Assembly: GCA_951406725.2 (NCBI GenBank)
Contig: OX597815.1
Coordinates: 35,546,001 to 35,608,000, forward strand
DNA: 62,000 nucleotides
From: Octopus vulgaris
Taxonomy: Eukaryota
Direction: 5' to 3'
In this document: positions 61,211 through 62,000 of the stretch, in pieces
Numbering within the stretch: position 1 is the stretch's first letter
Layout: every line of letters begins with the position of its first letter
Made by a program: the position numbers and the translations under genes
Notes under the pieces: model-generated
The model's input: the letters and a program-made list of their open reading frames with translations, nothing else
Databases searched by the model: none
Told to the model about the DNA's origin: nothing

Positions 61211-62000
61211 AGATTTACAAGGCACAGACAGACGGACATTTCATGCTATATAATCCGTTCATTTTAATTTTGGGATTTTAATAAGAACTAATAGACATGC
61301 ATACATACATGCAGACATATATACATGCATACATACATATTCATACCAACAATAATTGGATCACTAGGTTTTGTTAGTAAATGCTTAAATGAGAATCTGG
61401 ATACACTGGGATTTTCAGAAAGAGAAATCGACCGGCTAATTCGTAGTGCAATCTGTGAGTGGAACAGTAAAAATATGTAAGACTTTTCTCAAGTTCCAAG
61501 GGTGAATTTGTGTTAACTACATCCCAAAGATGCAACCTCGTATCCTTCTTGGAAACCGGCTCCCTCTTCAGTGGAAGATTTATAATACTTAAAAAATAGA
61601 AGAAACACATACAGATATACATAACAAATAATAGAAACGGAAAATGGAGTATACAAGAAACTTTATTGCTCTCGATGATCGTTTCGACCCATTCTGCATC
61701 GATCTCTTGCGGGTGGGATACTGTACAACTTGTCGTGATGCATCCTTCGATGCAGAAGTGCCTCGTCAGGTGAGGTTATAAGGGGTATCTGGTTAAATAA
61801 ATTTTGTTTAACTCGGTTTTAATACAGCATGTTGTTAGTGACCATAGGTTTAAGCCGTTGGGCAGGAATGGCGAGGGACAGATTCCGTTGCTATATTACA
61901 GACAGCTGTCTACATTCTTTTAGTAGTAAATCAAAGACAGGATTTTTTTTATATTACCGATAGTTCTCCGATACCAATTCTCTTGCTTCATTGCTGGACA

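Noticed and set aside
61380-61480. LDTLGFSEREIDRLIRSAI, reminiscent of the C-terminus of some RLE-type LINEs, or an exon ending T|GTGAGT
   Set aside because: Too short to discriminate between the two readings or from chance.
9448-61622. Most 60-130-aa ORFs in the supplied track
   Set aside because: They are read-throughs of SINEs, RTE UTR units or microsatellites (poly-I, poly-D, YIYI or CVCV runs) and recur wherever the repeat recurs.

Overview
AT-rich eukaryotic genomic DNA packed with microsatellites, SINEs and LINE fragments. The repeat families point to an octopus or other coleoid cephalopod (inference). The main gene is a complete 16-coding-exon PYROXD2 on the + strand (ATG 7937 to TGA 44376; joined CDS 1770 nt, 589 aa; all GT-AG introns, phases consistent). 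The ORF track misses it because the exons are short. A second gene runs off the left edge on the - strand (ATG 184, mitochondrial-presequence-like N-terminus), head-to-head with PYROXD2. The rest is mostly mobile DNA: several tRNA-derived SINE families, RTE, CR1, R4/Dong-like and Penelope-like fragments, and mariner, Tigger/pogo, piggyBac and Helitron-like remnants. Most interesting observations: (1) a tRNA-headed SINE carrying an intact minimal hammerhead-ribozyme core and a Penelope-type tail with an inverted partial copy (18968-19380); (2) two tandem ORF1-only (HAL1-like) L1/Tx1-type elements whose three junctions all carry TACGTA and whose 3' end matches the tail of a multimeric SINE (54212-57961); (3) inverted repeats around PYROXD2 exons that could form dsRNA or circRNA. 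Everything was read by eye; repeat boundaries are approximate unless a target-site duplication (TSD) or terminal inverted repeat (TIR) is quoted.
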